64,000 nucleotides of DNA from Lytechinus pictus (lineage: Eukaryota), in contig NC_087251.1 of NCBI RefSeq assembly GCF_037042905.1, positions 36,582,001 through 36,646,000 on the forward strand, in the 5' to 3' direction. A model generated the notes under the pieces. It was given only the letters and a program-made list of their open reading frames with translations, had not been told where the DNA came from and ran no database searches. This document shows, one piece after another, positions 62,711-64,000 of the stretch. Positions within the stretch are counted from its first letter, which is position 1; every line of letters begins with the position of its first letter. Both the position numbers and the translations under genes were made by a program.

Positions 62711-64000
62711 TTTTAATCTTCCCTATTTAATATGTGATGTAATAAAAAATGATAGTGATCATGATATTGACACAACATGGTCATAGTTAGTTCATTGACA
62801 ACAAATGACTTTTGACCATGACCATTTCATATGAAACTCATGCCACATGATCAGCAACACTTAATTACCCTTATGTCCTACTTTTACACAACAGGTCAAT
62901 TGTGAAGACATTTCAGAAACTTTAAACCTAAGATTTCAATATTCAATAGTATAAACAGAGACGTGATCTGATTCTATTATTTCAATCACAAACTTTATAC
63001 TTTTCAACCATTATCATAATTAATTATCATCATTATTATAATTACTACCATCATCATAATTTTCAATATCCTTACCTCTGATGCCAGTTGTCTTTTCCGT
63101 GTCTTTGGTTTGAGGTGTCAGGCCCTGTAAATCATCTTGACCCAGCTGAGGAGTTTAATTCCCTGAACCGTACTGCATTTCTTTTACGAAAGATAAAATC
63201 ATTTAAGTTTATTATTTCATCAATAATTATTATTAATTACAAATTACCATTAATAGAGAGAAACATGGTGGCATCTTGTTATCTTAAATTTGTTGCACAA
63301 AAAAAAACCCGACTAGTATCAACTGTCTAGGATGGGAGCAAACTGAATTTTTATAGGATAGATATGTCTTTCCAAACCTTACCATAGGTCTGTGATCCGA
63401 TTTTTTCATTAAACTTGGTAAAATTTGATGCATTTGATATTATGGAACATCTTAAAGTTCTAAATCATCATACAAGTACGTATGTTGCTACATGTAACAT
63501 CCTTAATAGAATAAGACTGAATTGAATATCTAGTCGCAATGACGTCAGAACAACGGTATGATTGGCTACGATTTGAAACCAATTTGACCTTTACTCCAAA
63601 ATAAAGGCTTGCAATTATCAAACATTGTGTCATGTATTAGTATTCTTACAATTAATTTGAACCTGAAATAAAATCATACTTAAGGACGATGTCCCAGTTG
63701 TATAAGATACAAGACAAGTGCAGATAGGGCGGGATATCGGGACTTTGGATGTGTAAATAGAGTTCTAGAAGGGAAGACAGTGCATGTGTGTGAATACAGT
63801 ACCACAACATATTACGGGAAAGAAGGAAAGGTGTTCCAAGAGCATAGAGAATGGCGGTACAAGAGTGACAGTGCAGCAGAACCACAAGGAATCAATAGAA
63901 CAAAACAAGGGAAGTACACATATACACAGAGTCAATGAGGCTGCTAAAGTAGGGACCTTGTTATCAGACAAGGAACTGGAGGCAACGTGTGCAGGGAAAG

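Overview
AT-rich, repeat-dense eukaryotic (animal) genomic DNA. The gene content and repeat families suggest an invertebrate deuterostome, probably a sea urchin (inference). Two spliced genes can be reconstructed by hand with canonical GT-AG introns and consistent phases. The first is a + strand isthmin-like gene (signal peptide, acidic/low-complexity region, TSP1, AMOP; 5 coding exons, 10196-19316, 604 aa). The second is a - strand MaoC/HTD2-type mitochondrial hydroxyacyl-thioester dehydratase (4 coding exons, 46316-43591, 174 aa). A ~10 kb head-to-tail tandem duplication (18375-29264 / 29265-38602) copies the isthmin terminal AMOP exon, which is intact with mostly synonymous changes, and a tRNA-Thr(UGU) gene, which is damaged in copy 1 and intact in copy 2. 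The two copies differ by presence/absence of several DNA-transposon derivatives, one of which carries a SAP-domain ORF remnant. The rest consists of many MITEs (TTAA-, TA-, 2-, 3-, 5- and 6-bp TSD types), a tRNA-derived SINE, two LINE 3' fragments, a candidate E2F/CHR promoter with a short spliced ORF, and decayed exon-like remnants. There are no CRISPR arrays or prokaryotic systems, and most ORFs in the supplied track are spurious.
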